The notes beneath the pieces were generated by a model. That model saw only the letters and a list, made by a program, of their open reading frames with translations. It had not been told where the DNA came from and ran no database searches. This document shows positions 23,751 to 36,100 of a DNA stretch of 64,000 bases, piece by piece. The stretch comes from Epiperipatus broadwayi (lineage: Eukaryota; Animalia; Onychophora): positions 16,864,001-16,928,000 of the forward strand of contig JAQFVV010000002.1 of assembly GCA_028023455.1 (NCBI GenBank), written 5' to 3'. Numbering within the stretch: the stretch's first letter is position 1; every line of letters starts with the position of its first letter. Made by a program: the position numbers and the translations under genes.

Positions 23751-24183
23751 GAATTTTTTTTTTTTAATTTTTTAATCAAATGTTATAGCATAACCATTGA
23801 TAAATATGCATAGATATTCATTATTATTTTTATAAATTCCAAAAATAAAAGATGCAAATTAGATTTCTTAATCAATTTCAAACCATGTATTCTCATTTAA
23901 TGGTCTGCCCTTGCAAAAAATCATCCATGCGTTCAACTAAATTTCCTCCCTTTATAAGCCGAGTTTCACTAAGAATAGTTATAGCAATATTACATTTTTA
24001 AAGCTTATTAGCTACAATAGCTATCTTTTATCCAGTACTTTAAAAGTTGGCATTAAATAAAGTTTGCATATTCTGTATATCTATATTTAGAAAAAAATAT
24101 TAAATTAAAATACTATTTTTAATATTACCTTTTTCCTTTTGCTTTGCTACTATTACCATTATTGAATTTACAATTACTTCTTT

Positions 24184-24538
24184 AAGAGTAGTAATTAATT
24201 TATAGAGTGCACAGAGAGCTTATGTAAATAGTCTGAACAGGCACTAACCTATATTCAATGCGCTTTAAAATTCGCAATAATCAAGCATATTTTGCCGATA
24301 GAGGGATCTTCCAAACCACGACACAAGATAGTGACTTTTTTATAAAGATAAGCTTCCAAATCAAGATGCTTCAGATTCACCTATATAAATGGACATTTAG
24401 GTTAAAGATGGCCACTCTTATCTTTATAAAAAGTCGCTATCTTGTGTCGTGGTTTGGAAGATCCCTCTTTCGGCAAAATATGCTTGATCATTGCGAATTT
24501 TAAAGCGCATTGAATACAGGTTAGTGCCTTTTCAGACT
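24184..24538. mobile_element. S-family element (same subfamily as 3173-3787), inverted arms
   Basis: 12-bp TSD aattacttcttt (24172-24183, 24539-24550). Same 3' terminus ...ctgtgcactc.ataaattaattactactc, here on the - strand. Confidence 0.88.
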
Positions 24539-26535
24539 AATTACTTCTTTAATTTAGGTAAATAATCATCCAGATACATCAATCTAGCCAGATTATGAGA
24601 TTGACTATTTTTAGATCACCTTTTCTGGGTCCTTCCACATTCAAGATAAGTAGGAGTATTATTAAATAAAATTTCCCCAAAATACAACTATATACAAAGT
24701 TAGAATCCTGACCTCAATCCAGTTCCAAAATAATTCATTACTTGTTGCATTGTGTCAAGCAATAATAACAATTATGACTCCTGTCTTCTACGTCTTCATT
24801 ATTATTGCTTTTTCAGCCTGAGATCATAGATATATGCAATTTTTTTTAAAAAATGGAGTAAAAATTACTATGCATGTAAAAGAAGATAATTAATGAGACA
24901 GCACAAACACGCATTTCCACATGGACAGTTGATGGTCAATGGTGTAAGAATATCATATTATTTATTTATTTTAATGTTGAGCACTTCTATTGATTTTTGA
25001 ATTTAGAAATTGGTAGGTTTGGTAGTTAGATGTTATATATTAAATGGATAATTCTTTTAAATTAAAAAATTTTCAAAGTTTTTAATTTATAGGATTAATA
25101 AATAGATTTATGACTTTAATATATTTAGTACCATATCAATGTTTTTGGATAATATAAAGTTTGAATACAATGTCTTTATGAAGATAGTTATTAATACATT
25201 AAGTTTTTTTAATGAGGCAATTGAAGATATAATTATGTATAAATGCATACAATGTTTTTAATATTTTCAAATAGGTGGATTTAAATTCTAAAAAAAATAT
25301 TTTTATTTGGCATATAATAAATGAGACTTAATATTGTGATTACTGGCCTGTTGGTTATCAATTGTTCATTATCGTTACACATTCTAAATTTTAATATCTT
25401 TAAACATATATTTGAAAGAAGCATCCTTTAAATTACATATAAATGTATAATTTATTAAGTTTAGCATGTCTATTGCACTAAAATTCAGTTTAATTATAAT
25501 TTTTCATGACATATTTTCTATTTTCAAAGTATTGAAAAAAGTCTCCTGTTGCTATATAGTTATTCTGCTATGTTCAACAAAGAATGTTATTTTGATTACT
25601 GCATAATATTTTATCAATATTTCATAAGGTATACTACTTAAATAGAATTAATTTATATTACATGTAGACAAAGTAAATCTAAACTTTTTGAAATTGCTCT
25701 AAGAACATTGTAAAAATCCTAATTATGTAAAAGAAAAAAATAAATGTTTATCCTAATGTACTTCTATACAAAGAAAGGCTTTATATAAATAGTTATGAAA
25801 CTAAAAATAAAAAAAAAACGTTTTTTTATAAATGCAGATGAATGGAAACAAACAATCAAAATCACTAACAACTGATTTTCTAAATTGTGGGGAGGGGAAA
25901 TAATTATCCAATATAATATTAGAAAAAAATTGCTTAGTTATATAAAAAAATACAAAGGTTCTCATACTACAGCAGTTAGCATCACTGCCTGCAATGCCTA
26001 TGCTTTGGAATTTGAATCTAGGTTAAATAAAACATGGATTACTTCAGGTTTTCATCTTTTTTGGAATATTATTTTCTAGTAAAGCCTGAAAACCATCAAA
26101 AACTGGTTAGAAAAATGAGCAACTATGTATATTTATATGGAGAGTGAAGCAAGAATAGAAAAAAAAATTAAACCATTGTCATCCATTATATGTAAAGCCT
26201 GATGAGTAATTCCTTCTATATTATAACTTTATGAGGCAGACATTTCTGAACTAGGTCAATAGCGGCCAAAATATAATTATCTGTCACCACACATACAGGG
26301 ATCTGAATAGAGAAAGATATTTATGTTCAAATGTAGTCTTCTATAAGAGAAGGAAAGTTGGAGAAACTTTTGCTCTTCAGTGAGTTATTTAAAATACATT
26401 TCATATGCATAAATAATGAAATCATTTGCCAACATCAAACTCATTGGGTAAAAAAAAATTATATTGCATAAGTTAATCAAAATGTTTTCTGTGTGTTTTA
26501 ATGCTTTTATTTGATGAAGAAACTGTTTGTTTGTT

Positions 26536-27980
26536 TAGGAATGCCCAACATAACCTGCAGCCCACCAAGATTTTATGTGCAGGTAAAAACACTCACTCAT
26601 TAATCTAAGTTTTTAAAATCTTAAACTGTGCAGGAATAATTGATCAATTGGCAAGTGGGCACACTTGGGTTTTGATTGGAAACTACACTCAATATAGGCC
26701 TTGTGGTTAGCATACTTGGGTTCACTTCCCGGTCAATGCATTTGACATATGAAAAAAAAGATATGTTTGTTTTAATTATATAATTATATTAATGTGTGAC
26801 AATTTTGTTTCTTATAATTTCAAGTGTCAACTAATGTGGAATGGATACAGAAAACTTGTGACTTATTTGAAGCATATTGTTTTAAATCAAACTATAATTT
26901 AATTACCCACAATGGCAAAAATAGAGCATTTCCAAACAATTAGGAATAACATTTTGTTTTGTTGTACAAAATAAACACAGTTCAACAACTTGTTTGATTT
27001 GTCATGAAAGTATTACATTAAAAGTTTGTCATTATACCATGAAATACAAATTATTTAATGACCCTTTTCCTCATGGGTATTTAATAGGATGTGGAAAGTT
27101 AATTGCTTCAAAAAGTTATTACAACACCAACAAAATGTTATGTCAGTGGCAATATTACACGATGTAGTGGTGACAAGAGCATCATATGAAATTTTCTATA
27201 CAACTGGTAAATATATGAAACCATTTATGAAGCAGAAGTTATGAAGAAATGTTTCATCAATGCTTCCAATGTATTATTTGGTAGTTTTGACAATAAAAAT
27301 CAAATAATATCACAAATTAAAAAAATCAGTTCTCAGATTCTACATGCATTAGATATATTGAAGGTATTAAAAACACATTCTGATAACATCATAGAAGATT
27401 TGAAAAATTATAAATATTTTAACTTAGCTTTTGATTCTATCATTGACATTTTGTCAATATAACAATGTTTCATTTTCGTTTATTATTGTACTGAATAGAA
27501 TTTAATTCAAAAAGATTTTTTGAAATTTGTTTCTATACGAATCAAATCAGAGAATGTATAACATTGATATAAAAAACTGATTTGTATGCACACTGATGAA
27601 TGTTCTTTAATGACTGAATCCAAAATATTTGTTTTTCTATTGAAAAAGAAATACAATTTAATAAATCACATCATTTTATTGTATCATTCATCAAGAAAAC
27701 TTGGCAGCATATATCTCCATGCCCAAAACAGATACGGTGATGAAAACCATTGTAAATATAGTGAATTATATCTGGGTGTGAGGAATGAATGAAGAAAATT
27801 CAAAAATCTTTTGAAAAAAATTAATAGTAATTAATACAACATTCTTTTATATATCTCAGTGCAACGACTAAGCAGAAGAAAAGTTCTGGATCGTTTTTTC
27901 TTTATGGCAAGAAATTATTTTATTTTTATAACAAAACAATAAAGTTTACAACAAACTTGAAATTGAGGATGGTAAGATTC
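26536..27980 (+). mobile_element. hAT transposon relic (GTF2IRD2/Buster-like transposase, 5' portion)
   Basis: Left end taggaatgcccaac...ctgcagccc. Translations KKCFINAS..FGSFDNK, YFNLAFDSIIDI (about FSLALDESTDI), TDECSLMTES (about TDGAPSMTG) and VQRLSRRKVLDRFF (about VRWLSRGKVLERFF). Confidence 0.8.
26696..26759 (+). mobile_element. tRNA-derived SINE, 3' fragment
   Basis: gggttcacttcccggtcaatgcatttgacatatg-An matches the 3' part of the 7191 copy. Confidence 0.7.
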
Positions 27981-30900
27981 GTATTCGAATCTTAAGTTTC
28001 ACCTTTTTCTATCATCTCTCACTCACCGCTCTATCCTACCCAAATTTAAACTTTTTGGTATTGAATTGTGTGTATAGCAATATTAAAAATGTATAGATAT
28101 ATGTAGAATTCACCATAAATATGCACACATTTCGATATCAAATTTAAGGCAATAAATAAAGATAAATGATATAATTTAGATTTCTTCTTTTAGTTATATA
28201 AAAATATTATTTTTATATTATTTATTTATTTATATAAAGATATATAAATTCAGCTATTTATTTTGAATTGTAAAATCTGTTATTTATTGCTTTGTTTAAA
28301 TTTCATTTAGTAATAATTTTAGAAATAGATTGTAATATTTAATTAAAAGTAAAAATAATCATATGTTCCCTTTTGTATTTGAAATTTTAAAAGCAACGGC
28401 TGGTGAGAGATAATAGATTAATTAAAGAAAAATTCCCCAAAATGTAATTAGTAAATGTAAATGTAAACAATAGAAAGGCAGCTTTCTCGATAATTAAACT
28501 TAACAAAATGCATTGATTATCCTCAGGACAGATTAAGTGGAATCCAAAAATAAACTATGACAAAAATGTGAAAGATAAGATCTAAGAAAAGAGGCCATTT
28601 TAGACTTGCTAGAAACTTTCACTTTAACTTTAGCTTTGCTCTCGATCAGGAGAGTCTCCAAAGAGATATATATTAATTTACCTGCCACTGTATGCGTGAG
28701 TAGTAAGCGCCAAAGACTATTCTCCCTGGAGATGGTCTATAGTATGCTGTGAACCTTCACTTATGCCCTCCAAAATACCAACCAAGATCTGCTGCCCGAA
28801 CAATTAGAAAGCTGCTGCTGCTGTTAAATTAAATGAACCACCTAAATACAGGAAAGAACTGCTAATGCTAGAATCATGAACAATTTGCTACTGACCAATG
28901 AATTGGAAAACTTCTCATAAAACAGGTACCTGTATCCAAATTCTCTAGAGTACTCTACTAATATCCCAATATAGCTTATTCATTCTTTATATAAATCATA
29001 AACTGTAAAACTATCATTTGTAATACTATAGATTTAATAATTAATATGTAAATTTCTTTAATAATCTAGCCTGCCTAACTCTATCCTTCTTGGGTGTGTA
29101 TTTCTAAAATCTACATTTTATATAATTATCGCATGCTCATAATTTTCTAAGTATAAATCTATGATCGCTTGAAACAGTGGAAGCGTGTCAAATTTTCATT
29201 AATATTTACTTTCATAAATAACTTAATATTTTCATCTAAATTGACATGCATTCAGTGCTTCATTTATTGTAATGCAGGGGTCTACTGCTTAACAAATGGC
29301 TGACGTATTAGTTATAATAATCACCCAGTTTATATATTTTATTAAATTTATAATTAATAATTCCATAAAATTTGCATTTCTTTGAGAGTTGCAAACATTC
29401 CTTATTAAAGGTTGATAATGTAGGGCTGAGTTATAAAATATATTTAAATCTTAACAGAATCGTCTGTACATTATACATGTGTTACATTTTAGAGATGCGA
29501 TGACCCATTACAAGCCTTGAATATTCCGGATTCTATAGGGTTGAAATTAACCCCAGTCGTCCTATACAAGCGGACATAATAAATGCTCCCATAGGGCTTG
29601 ACGACTGTCATGCAGCCAGCAGGCAACTGTGGCATGAACCACTTGTCCCTGGTTATGCGACACCTTACCTCTTCGGGCCTATGGCAAACGCCAACCCATT
29701 CACGGCTTTGCAGTTTCAATATACTGCCACTTCCTATCGCCTTTCTAAACGTACCACGTGTTTCTTTTATTAACTTTATTATTTTATATATGACTCCGTC
29801 CCTCCATTAGTGACATAACTCACTCTCAAATAAATGTTTGCCCGTAGTTATTAATAAATATCTTTAATTAAATAAATATATGTCCGCCGTTACTATTATA
29901 AATCTTACTTAGACTCATGTATTGCAAAAGCATAAATCCCTAAAGGCATGCCTTAGAAATACTTGCTCAAGAATTTTAGGTAGCTAGATTACATCCTCAA
30001 ATAAATAAATGTATTTCTTGAACATAACAGTATCGGAAAATACCGCAACTCAATTTAAACATTACCAAATATTATTAGCAAATAATTTGTTATTAAAATG
30101 TTTCAATAAATAATGTCAAACTATACATCTGCCGTTACTTCTTTATTTATTTATTCGATAACCATTCTATATGTTTCCTCGATTCTTTAAATATAAATGT
30201 TTAAGATTAATGTTCTGATTGGCTAACTCGAAATAAAATCATGAATCTCTTGCATCCCCTGATCACCGTACCTAAAGAAATATTTACTAATGTTGCATCA
30301 GATGCGTTGTTTCATAGATTGTATTGTGGAACTGATAAACTACGTTCGAACTCAGTACTACGGGTAGCTTCGCTATCTAGATGGTGCTGCAGTTCTGTGA
30401 GGTGGTCGAATTCTGCACTATGTTAACTAATACACGTTCCTGACCGTTACATCGTATCTTTAATTCTTTCTGTGTAACATCACAGAAAAACTTGGTGAGG
30501 TCAGTCATGGTCTAAAGACTGAAAATAAAATGGATTTTTCAGAAGATAAATAAAGTAATTGCTTCTGAAGAGAAACTAGGTGTCTATTACAAGAAAATAC
30601 AAAAACCAAATAATATGTAATTTTTTAACCATAACAAAAATTTAAGATGGTATTGACATTTTTTAAAGAGACTATATGATCATTTCAAATTATCTAATTG
30701 CCTTAAAAAAGGAATTTAAGGAAACATTTCAGGATATAAAAATATTAAAAATTGTCTGTTGTTTGAAGAAAATCTCTGGCACTTATAATCAACTATTATT
30801 ATACATCTATATGCATTGGGATATGATTGTGCAAAACTATGTGACAAATTTAAGTTCAAAAATAATAGAAATCTGAAAGTTATTTTAAAAAAAGAGAAGA

Positions 30901-32485
30901 AAAAGCATACATTACATTTTGGAAATTAACCTTAAATGGTACAAGATTGTATAAAAGTGTGCCCAAATGCTGCTCACATTGTTTACATCAACATATCTTT
31001 ATGAATCATGCTATTTTAAAATGAAATATGCAAAAACCTATTTACAGAAATCAGCTTACTGATTATTATATTGATGATATATTAAAAGTAGCATGTAGCA
31101 ATTATAAATATGATTTATATAAAATAGCCAAGTTTGTCTCAACACCAAAAATCATCCTAATTTTTAAATAAATATCTGTACATATTTAGGTTTATTTTTT
31201 ACATTATATTATGAGTTATAGTGTACTAGGTTGTGAACTATGTAACATGCAAAAATATGTATGTGGCCCAAGAAAAAACAATGTTGAGTATAGAGACTTC
31301 AAGATATATTTTATAATCAAATTTTTGCAGACTTCTATCAAATAAATTTCCTTAATTAGAAATCGGTGGTAATGCAGCATGACAATGAAATATTTCAAGT
31401 TAGTTCCTGGTTTGTTTACTATAGTAATATTGGCAGTCCAAATTTCATAAGTGTTAATATCAGTTCAGTAAGTTTTCATGATACATATTTTAAAAAAGAG
31501 CTTTGATTACAAAATCTTAATGATCAATTAAAATAGAAATAAAAATAAATTAAAAAAAAATATATGTATGAAATTTTAATTTCTTTTAATTGCAAAAATT
31601 GATTTTTTAAAAGTGCTTTTTTCATAATAAAAATAACAATATTGTAAACAATCTTTAATGTGGGAAAATTTCCTTTCAAATATTATGCAACCTGCTTGAG
31701 ACATAGCTTATAATCTCTATTTTAAATTGGAATAGTTAGAAAAAATATCTAAAAACTAAATATTAACATATAGACAATGTTTTATAATAAACACTTTTAT
31801 TATTGTGTGAATACTAAAAAGTTAAAAATAATATATATAAAAAATAATTTATTTACTGTGCACTAAAAAGTGAATATAATAATTGTTTTCTCCAACTGTA
31901 ATTGGATTTTTTTTATATTTAACAGAATTAAAAGTACATACAATTATTTAACTATCAACTTGGCCTTCCTATCTTATTGAGACCTTTTCAAAATATAAAG
32001 TTTTATACACCACTTGACCTATTAATTACATTTACTCCACCTATTACAAGTTATAGTTAAAGATCCAGCAAAATTAGGTGGAATGTGTGCATTATTAGAT
32101 AATTGAAAGATTTAAAAATTATGGTTGAATTATAAATGAAAGTTTATATAAAGGGGGGGGGGGAGTAGAATGTTTATTTTTTGTATAGTTATATGAAAAA
32201 CCTATGTATCTGTATAATTTTAAAATTTGTTATGTATTTTTATTTTATTTAATTTATTCATAGGTTTATATGTATAATGATTTTTGTTGAAGGTGAATAA
32301 TGTCCAATAGGTTGAGTAAATGCAATTAATAAGTCATGTGATGTATAAAACTTTATATCTTGAAAAGGTCTCAGTAAGAGATGAAAGCAATATTGATGAT
32401 TAAATAATTGTAAATATGATTAGTTATTTGTTTCAATCTTATTTAGATTGATTATTATATTAAAAATCAAAAGTGTGGAATGTCC

Positions 32486-32542
32486 AGAAATTACTTAATT
32501 CAATCACAAATTTTTACAATGTGATTGAATTAATTAATTTCT
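32486..32542. repeat. Short foldback/hairpin
   Basis: agaaattacttaattcaatcaca ... tgtgattgaattaattaatttct. Confidence 0.7.
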
Positions 32543-32738
32543 GTTTAACCAAACTCCAATTGTGGCTAAAGAAAATAATTATTTTTTGCTTTTTTAGTGC
32601 ACAAAAATAAAAGCTTTATTATAAAATATAGTTGATATATATGTATTATTAAAAAATGATGGTGATAATGTAATTTTATTACAATATTTGCAAACTAGCA
32701 AAGTTTAATTAAAAATATTATTTTTAGTAAAAATTTAC

Positions 32739-32804
32739 CTGTTATTATCTTCTCCATGTAACCACATGTTATTGAATCCATTTTCTTGCCAAATAGGATT
32801 TGTT
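32739..32804 (-). CDS. Cad87A: Cad87A-like cadherin, cytoplasmic exon
   Basis: tatatag|A ACA AAT CCT ATT TGG...AAC AG|gtaaat gives (G)TNPIWQENGFNNMWLHGEDNN. The G[ST]NPIW motif is characteristic of this cadherin group; phase 2-2. Confidence 0.88.
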
Positions 32805-32948
32805 CTATATATATATATAAAGGTAATATTCATTATAAACAAAATGTATAATAAACAAAGTTTTATAAAAAAAATATATTTACACAAATTAATATTTTCT
32901 CTCTAGTAATATTTATATATGTTATATATAGAGCTTGCAAATAAGGTC

Positions 32949-33055
32949 TTAACAAGCTTTGCGGAATATCCCAATTCCTAATCAGTTTCTACTACTGGCT
33001 TCCTCAGTGAGGTGCTAGGATATTCGAGCATTAGACTGTAATACAAGCTTGTTAA
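32949..33055 (-). mobile_element. Mini-insertion with decayed hammerhead (third family)
   Basis: Inverted ends ttaacaagctt/aagcttgttaa; imperfect 10-bp TSD aaataaggtc/aaattaggtc. - strand reads gaatatcc..acctca CTGAGGA agccagtagta GAAA ctgatt agg..ggatattc. Confidence 0.55.
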
Positions 33056-34055
33056 ATTAGGTCATGTGACACAAGACTTGATTTCTTTGTAATATATATA
33101 TATATATTAGGTATTGTGTACACATTAGATAAATTTACACATAGATGGAGAAAAAAAATATTGAAGAGAAAATAGATTTCATTCTCATATATAAATAATA
33201 GAATGTGTAATATGATTATATCATTGGTTTCTTCTCATTTTGATGTTGCATTTAATGTTGGATCAAATACTGGTAGATTAATTATTAATGAAAAAAATGG
33301 TGTTTATAAAATTAACAAATATAATTTTGTATATAAAATGCTATGCCAATGCAGCTCCAGTTACTTGAGTGAGTCAAACTGAGCATTGAAAAAGAGAATT
33401 CACAAAGAAGAACTTTTATATAATAAATTGTAATATTTGCTGAACATTCAATTATTCATAATGAAAATTTTTGCTTCGATACAGTGTTTTATTTTACTTG
33501 TGGAAACTGACTTGAAGAACAGAAAAATTAAATAGGCATATTTTATAAATATAACAAATAATTTATTAAATAAACAATATAATTGTGTTAATATACATAC
33601 ATTATGTAAAGTTGTCCATTTGCATGGGAACTTTACTGTTGTATGACTTTAATGAGATTGAAAAAAAAAATTAGTTATTAAATGCTACTCAGAATGGCAT
33701 ACTGCAGTATGCTAGTTATAACATTTATTTCTACACATTGATATTTTGATTATTGTAGAGTTTATTGCCTGTATGTAGAAGGTAATTGGAGAGACAAATT
33801 CCTAATTTAAGAATACATTCCCAACCATATTTCATATAATTTTGGTACTTTTTCATTTATTTTACATATATGATTGATCATTTTATTTATTATAGACATT
33901 TTTCATTAAATGACATGACCATATTGTTGTCAATAAAAATTATAAATTCTTAATCAATTGATAAATTATAAATAAAGTGAAATAATAGACAACTCATTAA
34001 CATACAACTTAATATCATTAAACTGATTTTCATTCTAATATGAACCTTCTCAAAA

Positions 34056-34780
34056 TGCTGTTAACATCGTGCTAACAATTTTGAAAATATTCCAGTGCAT
34101 CTTGTTCTGTTGATGAAATATTCCAAATTTTTAATCATATTTCCAAAAATGGTATGTTAAAGAAGAAATGTTAACAAAACGATGTATAACTAATGTTAAA
34201 AAATATTATGATAACTTGTCACATGTGATCTGCTAACCTTGTGTTAAGTGTTCACTGAGTGTTAACATTTTGACATTATCTTGTGAATGGCAGGGCTAAT
34301 CCTATTTTTTTAAACAAATTACATTACTAAACTGACTGTTAATTTTAAAAAAAAAATTGAAAATATTTTTCAATAAATTCCATTTAGAACATAACATTCA
34401 AACATTAACATTTGCTCAGCACTAAAATTGTCATTCTTTAAGCAGTTGCTAACCTGTGTGTAAAATTATAAAATTTGAAATACTTCATCAACAGAACTGG
34501 AAATATGATTAATATGTGGAATATTTCATCAACAGAACAAGATGCATTGGAATATTTTCAAAATTATTAACATGAGGCTAATAGATAACAAGTGATAAAT
34601 TATTGTAATTTTTTGTTAACATTAGTTTACATTTGTTTTTTTAACATTCCTTTTTTATCATATCATTTTTAGAAATATGATAAAATCTGGAATATTTCAT
34701 CAACAGAATAGAAAATATGACTAAAATTTGGAATATTTCATTGGCTGAACAAGATGCAGTGGGATATTTTCAAAATTATA
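34056..34780. repeat. Inverted plus tandem repeat element (period about 212, internal about 39-nt subrepeat)
   Basis: 34056-34240 is inverted relative to 34500-34690; 34483-34570 recurs at about 34695-34780. Confidence 0.7.
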
Positions 34781-35098
34781 GGATAGTTTCTGCCCAAAAA
34801 AGTGATATTGGTTTGCATGTTTGTTATAGACTACTAAATAATGTTTTTTTTAAAAAAAAAATACTTGCTATATTTACATTAAAAAATTTTTGAATTACAA
34901 CCTTTTGGACTTTTATTATTTTAATAAATAAAAAAAAACTAATTATTGAATACGATAACTTAGAATCAGCTGTATTGTTTATTCCATGTGTTCTGAGCCC
35001 CTGAAACTGGATTATTAAAAAAAACAGAGGGCAAACTTCCAGAAGACAAACTACATAAGTACCAATTAGAGTAAAAATAATTTATTTTAAAAATATTA

Positions 35099-36100
35099 TT
35101 CAATCGAATGTATGAAAATAATATTTTAAAATAATCATGCTTCAAATTACCATTTATGATAACTTAAAAAGTAAATTATAAAATAGCTTTGATTTTTTAT
35201 TCACACTCCAGTTAATTGTATGGTTTTCTGTTTTTTCTATGGGGAATTTGATAGATTAGGAATTTTTGCTTTAGATGTTTGAAGTTCTTTCTTAAAAATA
35301 AAAAAAAATGTAAAAATTTAAGCTATTCAAATAATAATTGTCTTTAAAAACAAAATAATTAAAACCATTTTATTTTTATTGTCTTTAAAAAAAAATTAAA
35401 AGAATTTATTTTTAAAAGTAACATCATTCAATAGAATATATGAAAATAATATTTTAAAACAACTTTGCCTTCAAATTGTAATTTACATTAACTTATATAA
35501 ATATTAATTCTTATTAAGCACAATGTCAGCACGTAATACTTATATAAAGCTAAAGCTTTAGTACATGCGCCTTGAGTGCTTAATTAAGAAAAATAGGTTA
35601 GAGATAAGAGGGTCCCTCTTATCTTTATAAAGTCGAATCTCATGTTATGATTTGTAGAGGTCTCTTGCTAAAATTAAGCACTCAAGGTGCATGTACTAAA
35701 GCTTTAGCTTTATTAACTTATATAGTTAGTTATAACATGGCTTTGAACTTTTTATTCACGTTCCTACTCCATTTAATTGCACAATTTTCTTTCCATTTTT
35801 TTTTATGAATTTCATAGACTAGGAATTGTTTTAAAAGCCTGAAGCTCTTTTTAAAAAAGGATTATACATTTAAAAAAATAAATGAATAAAATTTAATTAT
35901 TGGTTTTACAATTTCTCTTTTAAAATATTTTCATGTGATTAAGAAAGTTTTATTTTGGCTTGGAATTATTGTTCATGCTAAATTTAAAGGTTAGATTAAA
36001 TATATTATACATTTCATTAAAAAATGTTAAAATTTAAACTATTTAAGTAATTATTGTCTTTAAAAGATTAAAACCATTTTATTTTTTCAAGTGACATTAT
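35099..36100. repeat. Degenerate tandem repeat (about 329-nt unit) interrupted by an S-family copy
   Basis: The ttcaat.gaat.tatgaaaataatattttaaaa block at 35099 recurs at about 35428; further shared blocks at 35180/35740 and 35320/36035. Confidence 0.55.
35500..35711. mobile_element. S-family element, divergent subfamily, foldback form
   Basis: Exact 13-bp TSD attaacttatata (35487-35499, 35712-35724). Hairpin gataagagggtccctcttatc; 3' motif tattac...tgtgcttaataa. Confidence 0.82.

Noticed and set aside
26190-26230. cctgatgag hammerhead-like core
   Set aside because: No stem II or GAAA follows.
27981-28002. Perfect hairpin taagattcg-tatt-cgaatctta as a Helitron 3' end
   Set aside because: No CTRR terminus at the expected distance on either strand.
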